Shown here one piece after another: positions 14,187 through 27,080 of a stretch of 64,000 bases of DNA. A program made the translations under genes and the position numbers. Location: the NCBI RefSeq assembly GCF_009914755.1, contig NC_060942.1; one strand, given 5' to 3'. Numbering within the stretch: the first letter of the stretch is position 1; the number at the start of each line of letters is the position of its first letter. The DNA is from the human T2T-CHM13v2.0 reference genome, Homo sapiens. The notes under the pieces are model-generated. The model worked only from the letters and a program-made list of their open reading frames with translations, searched no databases and was not told the DNA's origin.

Positions 14187-14253
14187 CCAAAATCGTGCTA
14201 TTGCACTCCAGCCTGGACAACAAGAGCAAAACTCCATATCAAAAAAAATAAAA

Positions 14254-14289
<36 letters not shown>

Positions 14290-14290
14290 A
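14187..14290 (+). mobile_element. Alu 3' fragment (AluSp/Sq-like) with (TAAA)n tail
   Basis: ttgcactccagcctggacaacaagagcaaaactcc followed by A-rich tail. Confidence 0.85.
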
Positions 14291-15121
14291 ATGGGATAAT
14301 AATAATAGTGGAAAATAATACAGTATTGTACTTTTTTCTCATTCAAATGTATTTAATTTAAAATACAATGTTCAAGTACAGTCAACACCCTATTATTTAA
14401 ATCACCTGACATAAATGATTTCTTCCTGTGTTAATATTGTGAAATTGGTAGGAACCTTGGGTGCTTTGTTTACATTTGTATGCATTGGCAGGGCTTTTTA
14501 TAAATTTTTGTTGTTATTATTTTTAAATCAGGAGATTTACTTATTCAGAAGCAAAAATGATGTTGAAATTTTGTCTTCCATTCACCCTTGACCTTGTGAC
14601 CATGCAACTTTTTATCTAGTAAAGGTCAACAATGTTATTCATTTCTTGCTTGTAGATTAAGGACAATTGTATTTTCTGTGCAAATAAAAAATAATAATTC
14701 ATTTTGACTAGAACTTCTGCTGCATCTGTTTTTATCCTTTATTTGTAAGTAAATACATTGATACATTAAGTACATTATTCTGAACACTGATTATCAGAAA
14801 AAAAATAAAAGGAACTCTTTTAAGAACCCCTTTTTTTGTATTTCTGTAATAATTTTAATAAATTTTCAGTTTTTCTTAAATTATAGTCACTACTGTTTAT
14901 CTTTCCATTAGATTGTGAATTGCTGGACGCAGAGATTATATTTTATCAGCACTTCAGTGACTTTATTTTTTTCTTATTTTATTCTTCAAATTTCCTTTAT
15001 TTTTATTTTGGTCCATAATAAATGCTTAGTCATTCCTTGTTGAGCGAGATTGTAAATAAAGTTTATTTCCCTAGAGCTTATGTTATTCTTCAAGGATTCT
15101 AAAACGTGTCATTTTTTCCAG

Positions 15122-15209
15122 GTATATAGAGAGCAAAATTCACTGTTATTACACCAGATTTGGCTTCAAGGGGAGCGGAGTCCTTCTCGCTCCGTCTACC
15201 TGTTTTATG
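15122..15209 (+). other. Candidate 88-nt exon
   Basis: Acceptor attttttccag|, donor ATG|gtaact, locally CpG/GC-richer than flanks. Confidence 0.3.
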
Positions 15210-15765
15210 GTAACTGCGGCTTGTTCTTGTTGGTGTTGAAGGGGATTCTGTCAGGAATGGATTTGGGGGTCTTATCGATGCCCCTGATCCATTCAGAGAA
15301 CCCTAGGGTTCCAGGTTAACATACCTTACAAATAGTTTGTAGTAACCATTTTATCTGTAATTTGGAGATTATTACACAGCTTCCAGCACTTGTTTTAAGT
15401 AAATGTATTAGTTCTTTTCCTTAATCTTCACAATAGCCCTACAAGGAAATTCATATCCTTTGCTTTTCATAAATGAGGAAACTATATCTTAAATGTTAGG
15501 CAATTTTCTAAAGAGTTTCTAGTTAATAATATTTTCAAAAGGATCACAGTTCTGAAGAAGTCTGTGTGACAGTCCTGTCTGAACTTTGACCACTACAACT
15601 CATTCCCTAACAGTATAAAGTATTTGAAAATTAAGTACACCTACACATCCCATAGGACTTTTAATGTCATTCTGTCATTTTAGTTTTGAGCTTACAGTTA
15701 CCAAGAAAAAACTTAATTTAAAAAATCCTAGATATTTATACTTTTGCTTGGCTTATGAATGAACA

Positions 15766-15989
15766 TAGCTGTCCCAAGCAACATGGGAGCCTGGAACAAA
15801 AGACAGAACTAGTAACACTGATCTTGCATTTATTTAAAATGTCATATTTTGTTTATCATGACTTTTGCTATTAATTATAAATTGTTAAAATACATTGCAC
15901 TAAATTATTTTTATTACTGTGTTTGATGCCTTCCTTAATTTTGTGCCCAAGGCAAATACCTCTTTCATCTCATCTTAGCCCCAGTGCTG
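15766..15989. mobile_element. hAT DNA transposon remnant (MER96B-like)
   Basis: End ttttgtgcccaaggcaaatacc...cttagccccagtgctg resembles the MER96B terminus. Confidence 0.45.
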
Positions 15990-17414
15990 CAGCAATAAGG
16001 AAGGTGTTTGTTATTAGAGAGCCATGTAAAAATAAACCAGTCAATCTTTATGAAGCCAAAATATGATAGGCATTTTAGGAGATAATAAAAAGCAGAGTTA
16101 TGATCTTTGACTTTAGAAGCTTTCAATGCTGTTTTGTCCATAAACTATTAATATGCAAATGTACAGTATGGAAGAGTTTATGATAGATGCAAAATAAAGA
16201 TAGTGTGATTTACAGCTCAGACTATACCAGGAGCTGAATGTGTCAGAGGAGTTAGAAAGATTGTTATCCCATAAGTGGTGCTTAATTTGGAACTTTAAGA
16301 ATTTATAAGATTCAGAGGAGACCATGAGGACGAGGAACTGCAGGGAAATGTTTTTAGACATTGTTAAAAGTCAGTGATTTATAGAGTCTAGGAGGAAGGA
16401 GGGGATATATAACAATAATGTAATTTGATCAAAAAGTTTATGCAGTAAATTAGTACAAGAGAATTTGTAAGATTTAAATGTGAAGAGTTTGTGTAAACAC
16501 CAAATTTAAGACAAATCTTTTAAAAATGAGTATAAAAGGAGGAAATCATGTCCCAGAGGAAGTTTCTGTCCAAGATTTTTCTGGTAAACAGGAAGGGTTG
16601 AAAAGAGGAGCTTGATAGGAAACTATATCTGCATGTTGGAGTCAGAAGTGAAGTAATAAGGGCCTAGCAACAACATGAAATGGAACATCTTAACATCCAT
16701 AAGGTGATAAAAATAAGTTTATTCACTTAAAAATAATGATGGCAGCGCTAGCAATTATTGAGCATACACTATGTCAGGCACTACCCCTAAGGTTATAAAA
16801 TGCTGGATACAAATGGTGATAGTTACTGAAGACTTCAGAAGAAAATTTCTCAATTATTTACCATTATGAATAACATTACTTGTATTAATTTTAGACACTT
16901 TATTATATTTAAAAAGTTTTTCTGGTTCATACCAAATGATTTTGTTCAGGATTTTTTGAGTTGTTCATATGCTTTTTCTTCTTCCTACTAATATGAAAAT
17001 TTACCTTGGTTGGTATTTAAATGCTAAAGCAATTCCTAAGACAAACAGTCCACGGTTATGATGCATTATCTCTTGTTTATTGTGGTGGGTTTAATTTATT
17101 GACGTTTTCATTTAAGAATTTTACATCTATATGACAATAATTGACTTGTAAATTTGCCACCACTCCCCATTTGATATCTTTGTCAGGCTTTAATATAATA
17201 GTTATCCTGAATCCATAAAATGACTTGCAAAGCTTTTCCTCCCTTCTCTTTTCTGGAAGGGTCTAGGTTACATTGAGCATATAACTTCCCTAACTGTTTG
17301 GAAGAATACAAAAGGAAATCTACTTACATCCATGTAGAGTCTTGTGGTTTGTTCCTTTTTAGTCATTTGGGTATTTTTGAAAAGATTCAATTACATATTC
17401 AATGTCTTTAGAAT

Positions 17415-17860
17415 ATCTAGGTGCATTTTACCCCATGGTAGATACTTGAAAAGACTCACAGACTGCACAGCAGTTTAAAGGCAAAGAATAAGATACAACA
17501 AGAGAAAGAGATGCAGGCACACATTGCAATTCTAAGAGATACACACACACTTACTGGCTACCATGGGCCCCCTGTTCCTGAGTACCATGCTGTGTCCTAG
17601 CCTGAACCTCCACTATTCGTGCGAGGAATCTTAGCTTGGAGAGCTCACTAGAGGCGCTCTCAGGATCTCTTTATATAAAGTCGGCCTTGTCACACTAGTT
17701 AGGCCATTTCAAGCATAATGAAAAGACTAACATTGGGAGGCACAAAGGGAGTTTTGTACTTTTCAACAGCACATTACAAATTCCACTTCTGGATGAGAGT
17801 CAAAAGCTAGACATCGGACATTCCCAGAGATAGAGCGAGTTTGTTCATGGCAGCTGTAAA
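17415..17860 (-). mobile_element. ERVL-type LTR (MER21/68/76/77 group)
   Basis: gaaaagactcacagactgcacagc...gagagctcactagag resembles the antisense of this LTR group. Confidence 0.4.
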
Positions 17861-18189
17861 TCAAATCTATCTCTATCTAAAAGTATTCAGACTTTCAAAG
17901 AAATTTCTTACATGAGTTTTGATAACTTTTGTATTCAGAATTTTTCCACATCATCTAAATTTTCGTTTGTTGGCATAAAGTAAGAAATAGTCTCTTATCT
18001 TTTCAATATAATTAAGGTCTCAAGTGACCCCTCATTTTATTCTTCATATTTTTATTTTGTATTTCTTCTTGCTTTAGCCTTTCTAGGGGTTTATAATTTG
18101 ACTAGTATTTTCAATGAATCAAACGCTTGATTTTTAAAATTTTCTTGATTGCTTTTATTGAATTTCTCTGTAATTTATTCCTATACAGG

Positions 18190-18232
18190 CACACACACAA
18201 ACACACAAACACACACACACACATACACACAC
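18190..18232 (+). repeat. Imperfect (CA)n microsatellite
   Basis: Directly visible. Confidence 0.95.
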
Positions 18233-18234
18233 CC

Positions 18235-18461
18235 CTAGACTTCCAACCAAAAATTTACTTTCTTACCCTTAACTAAACAGTGAAGTGTAGAAAAAGTATT
18301 GCAAATATTAAAAGGTAAAAATAATTTGTCACAGAATGTTGTATTTTACCATTTAGGATCCTATGTCAGGGAGAAAAGACAGGCTGATGACCAATTAGTT
18401 AATAATAGACACATGACCTAATATCAAAGATAAACATTTGCTTGATGAAACATTCATCCAG
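18235..18461 (+). repeat. Left arm of ~230-bp inverted duplication
   Basis: Reverse complement aligns to 19974-20207; core 18342-18398 vs 20044-20100 is 54/57 identical. Confidence 0.93.
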
Positions 18462-18512
18462 TGTGTGTGCATGCGTGTGTGTGTGTGTGTGTATGCGTGT
18501 GTGTGTGTGTGT
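18461..18512 (+). repeat. Imperfect (TG)n microsatellite
   Basis: Directly visible. Confidence 0.95.
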
Positions 18513-19973
18513 ATTAGGCTAAGATTGGTTCAGATCTTTGTTTTTTTAATTGCTTTTGCTTGTTTTATTAGTTATGAAAATAGGTCTCTCACAATGAGTA
18601 TAGATAAGATATTTTTAGTTTGACCTTCACTTTTTAAACATCTACCCTGACAAGTTTAGTATTCTCAACAGAATGATTAATTTCTTTACATTTAACATAA
18701 TCACTGATTTATTTGAGTTCATATATATACCATTTATTTTCCATTTCATAGAACTGTATTATTACTTCTTTCCTTTTAATTAATTGAAGACTAGTATTAA
18801 TTTATTTTCCTAGAATTTAACTTATTATTAATTCATTATTTTACTATTTATATTTGGTTACCCTAAAAGGACGAGAGGAAAAAATATTAAGCCAGTGCTT
18901 AGTGTTCACACTGGAGTTATTAAATGTAAGTAAAGTGTAGCAAGTATGGTCAGGTGCAGTCTTCTCTAGTGTGGTGATATGTGCACATATATTAATATAA
19001 TTTGGTATATATAGTTATAACCAAAGATGGGAGAAGGACAGCTGGCGAATTAGATTGTGTATCAATACTATTTAGGCTTGGTGCTAGGATGTTACATTGA
19101 ATCTGAGTAAGTAGGTACATATCAAGTGTCCCAAAGTGCAGGGAAGACAAGGTTGTATGGACTGGTAATCAAGGTGGCCCCCAATGTTGTTCACCCTGAC
19201 TTATCCTGCACTCTCTACCAAAGTCACTACTTTACTACAAGTAAAAAATATGACAAAAGCAGGAGAAAAGGGCTTGAATTTCAATATGTTATTTTAAATA
19301 ATCAAAGACAAAGATGAAGCATATAATGCCAACCAATGATAATAAAAATGGGCTAGTACATTAAAATGTGTAGTTGGAGGGACTGTTCTTATAGATATCT
19401 TTTCAGATGGAATCTTTTTCAGTTGTTCATGTTCGGGAAAAACAAATAAAATAACCTTTATTTTGAGATATTGGTCTGGGCATTGAGTTAACATGCAGGA
19501 TGTGATTGACTTAATGAGAAAAACTAGAAATACTATGATCTGTAAGAAAAGATTATGTGTGTATGGACAGGATACAGTTAATCAATAGTCCCTAATAAAT
19601 AATTAAAATAATTTGGGACAAAGTTTTACTTTCAGTTACCTTTAAAATTCTGTGAAGAAGAAATTACCAATATTATCTGTTTAAATACTTTTATTATTTT
19701 GTCTCCATTCCCAGCATAACCTGTAACTTTGTTAAATTTCTTGTGACTTTTTTCTTTCTAATCAGGACGTGTCAAGGAAAAGTTCTACATTTTGACATTT
19801 CCTGTTGCATAGCCTTTCTTGAATTGGTATTTTCTTTGATTTAGCCTCATTAAGGCTACAGAAATATTAAGGTCAAATTTTTATTTATAAATGATATTTG
19901 AAAAGTCAGTGCAATTGTCCACATTGTGAAATAAATTGCATGGGGACTTCTGCATGTACTAAGGTAGCATTAG

Positions 19974-20207
19974 CTGGAGAAAAATCTTTCATCGAGCAAA
20001 CGTCCATCTTTGATATTAGGTCAGGTGTCTGCATTATTAACTCCTAATCGGTCATCAGCCTGTCTTGTCTCCCTGACATAGGATCCTGAATGGTAAAATA
20101 TTATTTCCTATGACAGGTTACTTTTGCCCTTTCATTTTTTTCAACACTTTTTCTGTACTTCACTGTTCAATAGAGGATAAGGAAGTAGTTTTCTAGTTGG
20201 ACATCAG
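19974..20207 (-). repeat. Right arm of ~230-bp inverted duplication
   Basis: Reverse complement of 18235-18461, roughly 80% identity overall by manual alignment. Confidence 0.93.
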
Positions 20208-20504
20208 AACACTCATCTTAATTGCCAAGGTCACACAAAATAATTCCATTTGACAATTACTGGCACCGTATCGATGCTTCAAGTTAAAAACTATGTTTTC
20301 ATGGCACTATTCTCTCCTTTCTTCATTCTCTCACTTTTTTAACACTCCTTTTAATTGTCCTGTTTTTCATCAAAGAGAGGGTACACAGCATTCCAACTTA
20401 TGAAATGGCCAACAGTAAATCATATTCTAATGGAGGTATCTTGACTTTTCCCTACCATAATTTAAACCATTACTCTATTTTTTTTGCAGTTCTTGTAATT
20501 TTGT

Positions 20505-20715
20505 TTGCTTTTTTCCCAGCTTTATCGAGGTATAATTAACAAATGAAAATTTTACATACTCAAAGTGTACAGTGTGATAATCTGATATGCCTATACTTTG
20601 TGCAATAAAGACCACTGTCAAATTAACACATCCATCACCATACATAGTTACTGTGTGTGTGTGTGTGTGTGTGTTTGTGAAGATAAACCCTATATTCTCA
20701 AGAATTTTAAAACTT
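20505..20715 (-). mobile_element. L1MA 3' end fragment with (TG)n at ~20653-20674
   Basis: cagctttatcgaggtataatt...acacatccatcaccatacatagttac. Confidence 0.75.
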
Positions 20716-20869
20716 TAGCTCTACTGCTCCAACTATGTTTGGTTGAAAATATTATGTTCTAAAACAATTAGTAATCATATAGTAAGCACTATAGTATATG
20801 CCCTTCTTCAAAGGAGAATAATGTTTTAAAAATTGTAGAACAAGAGCTAACTGACCGTAAGTAACTTCC

Positions 20870-21287
20870 TGTCTTAGTCCATTATATGTTGTTGTAACAG
20901 AATAACACAGAGTGGGAAATTTATAAAGAAAAAAAATTTGTTTTTTGACAGTTCTGGCAGCTGGCAAGTTCAAGGTTGGTGAGCCCGTACTACTTGGCAG
21001 GGTCTTCTTGGTGCATCATCACGTGGCAGAAGGAAGGAGGGTGAGAGACTGGGTGCATGTGTTTGTGCATAGAAGAGAGTGAAAGAGACCCAAACTTGCT
21101 TGTATAACAATTCACACTGGCGATAAGTAACTCATTCTCATAACAAAGGCATTAATTCATTCACATTCATGATGACACAACCCTCATGACCTAATTGCCT
21201 CCTAAAATTCCCACCTCTCAACACTGTTACCTTGGGTAGTAAGGTTTCTGACACATGCCTTTTGGTGAACACATTCAAACCATAGCA
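20870..21287 (-). mobile_element. MaLR solo LTR (MSTC/MSTD/MLT1A-like)
   Basis: Termini tgtcttagtcc...acattcaaaccatagca; internal cagttctggcagctggcaagttcaag. Confidence 0.85.
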
Positions 21288-24200
21288 CCCCACCCCCACC
21301 CCATTGCAGTCTGGCGGAGGAAGAGCTACGCCCTTTGCTAGGTGTAAATAGCATTAATCCTAGTCCTTTGTTCTCATATTCTCTACTCTTCTTTTGCTTG
21401 GGTTTTAAAATGGGCTCTTTGGTTGTGTGAGAATGTGCAAGTTGCTTAATAAGGTATATGAAAATTTCACAGAGTATAAAAAATCATAGAGGTTTAGTGT
21501 TTACAGTTATTTTCTTCCTGTAAACATAAAATTTGCTTCTGGAAATTTGTAAATTTATGGTTAAATCACCTTTATCCAACAAGGCCCAAGAGGATCTGAT
21601 CCTTATTACAGCACTTATACGTTTGCCCCTACTATTAAATTTTAGCCTCTAGTGATCTCATTTGAACGTCTGGGCTACTAACCAGGACACTTCTTTCTTT
21701 GTAGGTCTGGCTTTAATTTTTTTTTTTTTCTTTTCTCAGCACTGTGAGACTCTGGAAAGTTTTGCCTGGGTTTTGGCCTTTTAGAGGAAGTTTTCTTCTT
21801 GATTTCTTTTTTCACGCAAATAGGGATCAGCAGATGTTTGAGACAAAATATGATGGTAAATATCAGGTTTAAGTCTCTGTGGTTCTCTGATACCCATGAT
21901 CTTGGGTACTCAATTTTTGCCATCCGTAGTAACTCTGGACAGCATTGACCCATTTTTGTAAGGCTGCTGAAAGCATGACCCCGGGCCCAGGGCTGGGGGC
22001 ACATTATCAATTGTCTCAAGTGAACAATTAATGGAAAATGGTGGCGTTGCGTGAATTCATTCTCCTTCTTCCAAGGATCTTGACCACTTCATCCTGGCTA
22101 ACTCAGTTGGTCTGTAGTTCATTCAAAGAGTTTTCTATTTTTCTCTCAGATTATTATAGCTTATGTCATCAGAAGACTTTGATTAAAAACTACCCATTAT
22201 AGCCGAGAGCAGATTTATGGCAATGTAACAGATGATGGAATTTAGTTTTCTCATTTTCTAGGAAACCTAGAGACCCAAAGCCATACAAGCTTATTAGTGC
22301 CACAGTCAGAAATGGGATTCTTGAGAATAAGTAAAAATAGTGGTGCACTGATTCTTGAATACAACAACAGCTAATAAAAGGGAAATCTGGTTTCCTGACT
22401 TCCTATATTGCTATGCTAGTTTCCAATGCATGAACTTAATGAATATATTAGAAATGTGAAGATGTGATATAATCCATCAGACTATTAAAGAATCACTACT
22501 TTAGACAGATCAAAAAATTTTCTACAATTTTCATTTATGAGGAACACCTTCTGCATAACTGCTCTTGCTTTTGAGACAAAGAACAAGAGAAAAATTATTT
22601 CAATTATAAACCTTCTTGTAGAATTTTGTCCAGATACATGATTTTAACTTTTTATTTCTATGCTAGTATTTAACGTCAACTAATTAGATACCAAATTTAT
22701 TTTATGCATTAAAATATTATAAATGTATAATAATGACTGGTAAATATTTTCAAAACATGTCAACCACCATTTCTATCCACTCTAATGTTTCTTCTTATTT
22801 GCAAATGTTTTCTCAGATTCTGTTATTCTCAAAACCACTTCCAATTCCTTTCTGGACTGGGTTTTTTAAATACATTGCAGTTTATGAGTTGAAATTTTAC
22901 ATACCACAAATATAAATATGTTTAGTAATTTTAAAAATGAAATGTAAAACAAAAAAAATTTCTTTCATTATATTAAATTTATACTAAATTATCTTATACT
23001 TTCACCTTGTACTGAAAATCCTATTTGATTTTAGGTGGGTTATAGGTTGTAATTTAAGCTGAATTTTTGCCATTTTTTAAAGTATTCAAAATATTTATTC
23101 AGCCTTTTAGGAGAATTCTGCTATTTTCAATATGGCTATAAGTTCTTTAAATGGTATTGAATTGAAAGAAATAAACACAGGTTCAAAATAAATAAATACC
23201 TTTATATAACTGGAACTATGACTAATAAGTAATTACTGTAAAACTGCAACTGAAACAGATTTAGCAAAATTTTCCAATGTTTACTTCAACTATACTAGTC
23301 TGTATGTTAAATCACTTTGTGGATAATTAACAGAAATGTTTTAAATAATAATTTTGTTAAGTTGTAATTATGGTAATCATAGAGTTGTATCTTCTGTCCA
23401 ATACCATAATTTATTCAATAATATTTTTATTATATATTAGGTTTCTACTTGCAAGCTTCCACGTTTGGAAAGACTATATAAACTTTGAATTATTCAAAGT
23501 TGCTTTGGTGATAAAACAGAGTTGATTTATTTTAGGAAACATAGTAAAGCAATCTGTATATGTATACACACACACATATATATCAGTGTTAAAATAATTC
23601 ATAAATAGATATTTGAAAGTATTTTTAAAACATTTTATAGAATTTTAAAAATTGAGAAAATCGTATAATAAACGATTATATATCATATCTGTTTATACAG
23701 ACACACACATAAATGTACATCTTATATGCTAAAACTTTTGAAAGTAAGGCCCAAAATCATGAGGTCATGACCTTTCATTCCTTAGTCTTTCAGCATCCAT
23801 AAGTAAGAATAAAGGATGCCTTTCTATAATTATCATTATTTCCAAGAAAAATAGTTATTTCCATAATATAATTTTATATAGTATACATTTTATTTTATCC
23901 AATTGGCTCTAAATTTTCATCTTTTTTCAAATCAAGATTAAATCAAGGCTATTGTCTTTCATTACAGAATGATCCACATACTTTTTTTTTTCATGACATT
24001 AACTTTTAAAAATATGTTAGTCTTTTCTTTTTCTAGGCCCAAATCTGGGTTTTGTTTTTTGTTTCTTGTTTTTCGTTTTTTGCTTCCTCCTAATAAGATT
24101 CAGGCTAGTCATTTACTAGTGTTGCTTCATATGTTGTTTTTAATTGATCAGTAATCCATCATGTGAATTTGAGACTGAATATCTAATTCCATAACTTCCT

Positions 24201-24339
24201 TTCTCCCAGTGATGAACCTCGCCTGAATTACTCATTGGGAGTTGAAATATGGAAATTTTTAAATTTTGTCATTCTTCCACATATTGCTCTTCTTACAGAA
24301 CTTTTTCATTTGATCCCCACTTCTTGCATCTTCAGTCTT

Positions 24340-24346
<7 letters not shown>

Positions 24347-24370
<24 letters not shown>

Positions 24371-24386
24371 TACACACACACACACA
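24347..24386 (+). repeat. (CA)n microsatellite
   Basis: Directly visible. Confidence 0.95.
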
Positions 24387-24777
24387 GAAACACAAATACA
24401 ATTAATATTCACAATGGACTTTATCTGCCCTGACTTGGAATCATTAGTTTTGCCAAGGAGTCCTGGTTTCTTTTAGTGGCAACTTATACTTAGAAACAAA
24501 GACCCGGATGCTGTGTGTGCTTATGGTCACTGCAGCATGTCTGCTTCTAGCTATTTTTCATATCAAATTACCAATATATTTCAAAATTTCGCAATTTAAA
24601 CGTGTGTTCTTTCATTCCCCATGCCATATTTGTCCCTTTCTTTTTATACAGTCAAGATGTTTGTGTGATCATATCATTCCCTCTGTTCTATTCCATGATG
24701 TAATTAAATAATTTTGAAATTACTACACCATCATGTGTTTATAAATTTAACTTTTTTTTTGTACAGGTCAGGTCAAG

Positions 24778-25102
24778 TTTTTTTTTTTCTTGTTGTTGTT
24801 GTTTTCTTTTTTTTTTTTTTTGAGACAAAGTCTCACTCTGCCACCCGGGCTGGAGTGCAGTGGCGCAATGTCGGCTCACTGAAACCTCTGCCTCCCAGGT
24901 TCAAGCGATTCTCCTGCCTCAGCCTCCTGAGTAGCTGGGATTACAGGTGCCCGCCACTACACCCAGCTAATTATTTTGTATTTTTAGTAGAGGCGGGGTT
25001 TCACCATGTTGGCCAGGCTGGTTTCAAACTCCTGACCTCGTGATTCGCCTGCCTTGGCCTCCCAAGTGTTGGGATTACAGGCATGAGCCACCGCACCTGG
25101 CC
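24778..25102 (-). mobile_element. AluS with T/(TTG)n tail
   Basis: Full antisense Alu ending cctggcc; flanking aag(t/a)ttt TSD-like. Confidence 0.93.
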
Positions 25103-25958
25103 AAGATTTCTTTAGCATATTGCACTAGGAGTTTAGACTCAAAGTATTATATATACTTAGTTTACTTCTTTGTGTTTGATGAGGTTTTCATAATTATGCA
25201 TACTTTCATTTATTTGTATCTATATTTACATTTAAATGTCAAAGCCTATTATTTTTAATCAATTTTTTTAAATATGTAAAAATTGTTTAAAATTAAATTC
25301 TGTAAAAATGTATACTCAAGAACTCCTGTTCCCATTAAATGAGCTCCTGACATATTACTATTTCAAAGGGTAACCATTTTCTTTAAAACCTAGCTTAGCC
25401 TTTTAATGTTTCTTTTTGCAAATAAAATAATTAATTAATAAAATAATCAACAGGTAACATATTAAACACAAACATTTGAATCTCATTTATCTCACTTGAA
25501 AATATGTAATTGAAATAACCCCATAACAGTTCATGAATATTATCTTTTTCTTTCTTTTTTCCTTCGCTCTTCTTTTCTTTTTGCTTGTTTTTTTGGCTAC
25601 ATAGTAGTTATTTTAGTGGACATATCACCTACTGAATTAAATTAACTAGTCCTTTATTAATCAGCATTTTTATTACTTTGTTGTTATTACATATGTTATG
25701 AATATATTACTTTAAAGCAGAATAGCTTTGTCTTTGGGGCATCATACTTTTTGTTTCCAATCAGTGTATTTTATTATTTCAGCATGTTTGTTTTTTAAAG
25801 GCCATGCTAATTTCATTGCAGCCAGAGAAACTACTTCGTATGCATTGACTCCTGTTAGAATTATTAAGACTCAGCTTATGACCAAGAATGTAGTCCATCT
25901 CAATGAATATTCTGCATGCTCTAGGAAATAACACTCATTCTACTGGTATTGTATGCAG

Positions 25959-26472
25959 CAGTGATCCCCAACCTTACTGGCACCAGGGACTGTGGAACAC
26001 AGTTTTCCCATGGACTGGGGTAGGAGGCATGGTTCCGGGATGATTCAAGCACAGTATATTTATTGTGTGCTTTGTTTTTATCATTATTACATTGTAATAT
26101 GTAATCAAATAATTATGCAACTCACCATAATGTAGAATCACTGGGAGCCCTGAGCTTGTTTTCCTGCAGCTAAGTGCTGGGGGTAATGGAGACAGTAACA
26201 GATCATCAGGCATTAGATTCTCATAAGGAGTGTGCAACCTAGATCCCTCACATGTGCAGTTCACAATAAGGTTCATGCTCCTGTGGGAATCTGATGCTGC
26301 TGCTGATCTGACAGGAGGAGGAACTCAGGCAGTAATGCCAGCAATGAGGAGCAGCTGTAAATATAAAAGAAGCTTTGCTTGCTTGCCCACTGCTCATCTC
26401 CTGCTGTGCAGCCCAATTCCTAACAGGCCACAGACCAGCACCAGTCCATGGCTCAGGTGTTGGGGACCCCTG
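25959..26472. mobile_element. MER1A hAT-Charlie non-autonomous DNA transposon
   Basis: TIRs cagtgatccccaacc / tgttggggacccctg; internal caggcattagattctcataaggag; ~515 bp; degenerate 8-bp TSD gtatgcag/gtttagag. Confidence 0.9.
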
Positions 26473-26519
26473 GTTTAGAGCATTTGGTCAATGTCACTTT
26501 GGTCAAGATGCTTGATAGC

Positions 26520-27080
26520 TGTGATAGTTAATTTTATGTGTCAACTTGAGTGGTTAAGGAATAATCAGATAGATGTAAAATCATTATCTCTTAGTGTATC
26601 TGTAATGGGCTTTCCAGAATAGATTAGCATTTAGATCTGTAGACTGAGTAAAGATGATCTGCCCTCACCATTGTGCACAAGAGGCATCTCATCTATTGAG
26701 GGCCCAGATAGAAAAATAAAAGGCAGAAGAGGGGCACATCCTCTATCTCTTCTGGAGCTGGGACATCCTCTTCCCCTGCCTTGGACATGAAGATTCCAAG
26801 TTCTAAAACTTACAGCCGTGAAGGCTTATCCAGCAGCTTCCCGGTTTCTCAGGCCTTTGGCCCCCAGCTGAGAGCTACACCATTGACTTCCCCGGTTCTC
26901 AGGATTTGGCACTCAGACTCAATTACACCACTAGCTTACCTAGTTCTTCAGCTTTCAGACAGCATATTGTGGGACTTCTTGGCCCCCATAATTGTATGAG
27001 AAAATTTGCATAATAAGTCCCCTGTTATATATCTCTCTATAAAATAGGTTCTGTTTCTTCGGAGAACACTGACTAATACA
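26520..27080 (+). mobile_element. MLT2 (ERVL) solo LTR, MLT2B-like
   Basis: Termini tgtgatagttaattttatgtgtcaacttga...ggagaacactgactaataca; 5-bp TSD atagc/ataac. Confidence 0.9.

Larger units (their letters stand above)
16840..18860 (-). mobile_element. Old L1M ORF2-region fragments interrupted by an LTR (~17415-17860) and by the inverted-duplicated insert (18190-18511)
   Basis: ttaagaattttacatctatat, gatatctttgtcaggcttt, ttctaggggtttataattt are typical antisense L1 ORF2 remnants. Confidence 0.55.

Noticed and set aside
18235-20207. Inverted arms as the TIRs of a DNA transposon
   Set aside because: No TSD or terminal motif, the interior is L1 plus unique DNA, and the left arm interrupts an L1 that continues inside the loop
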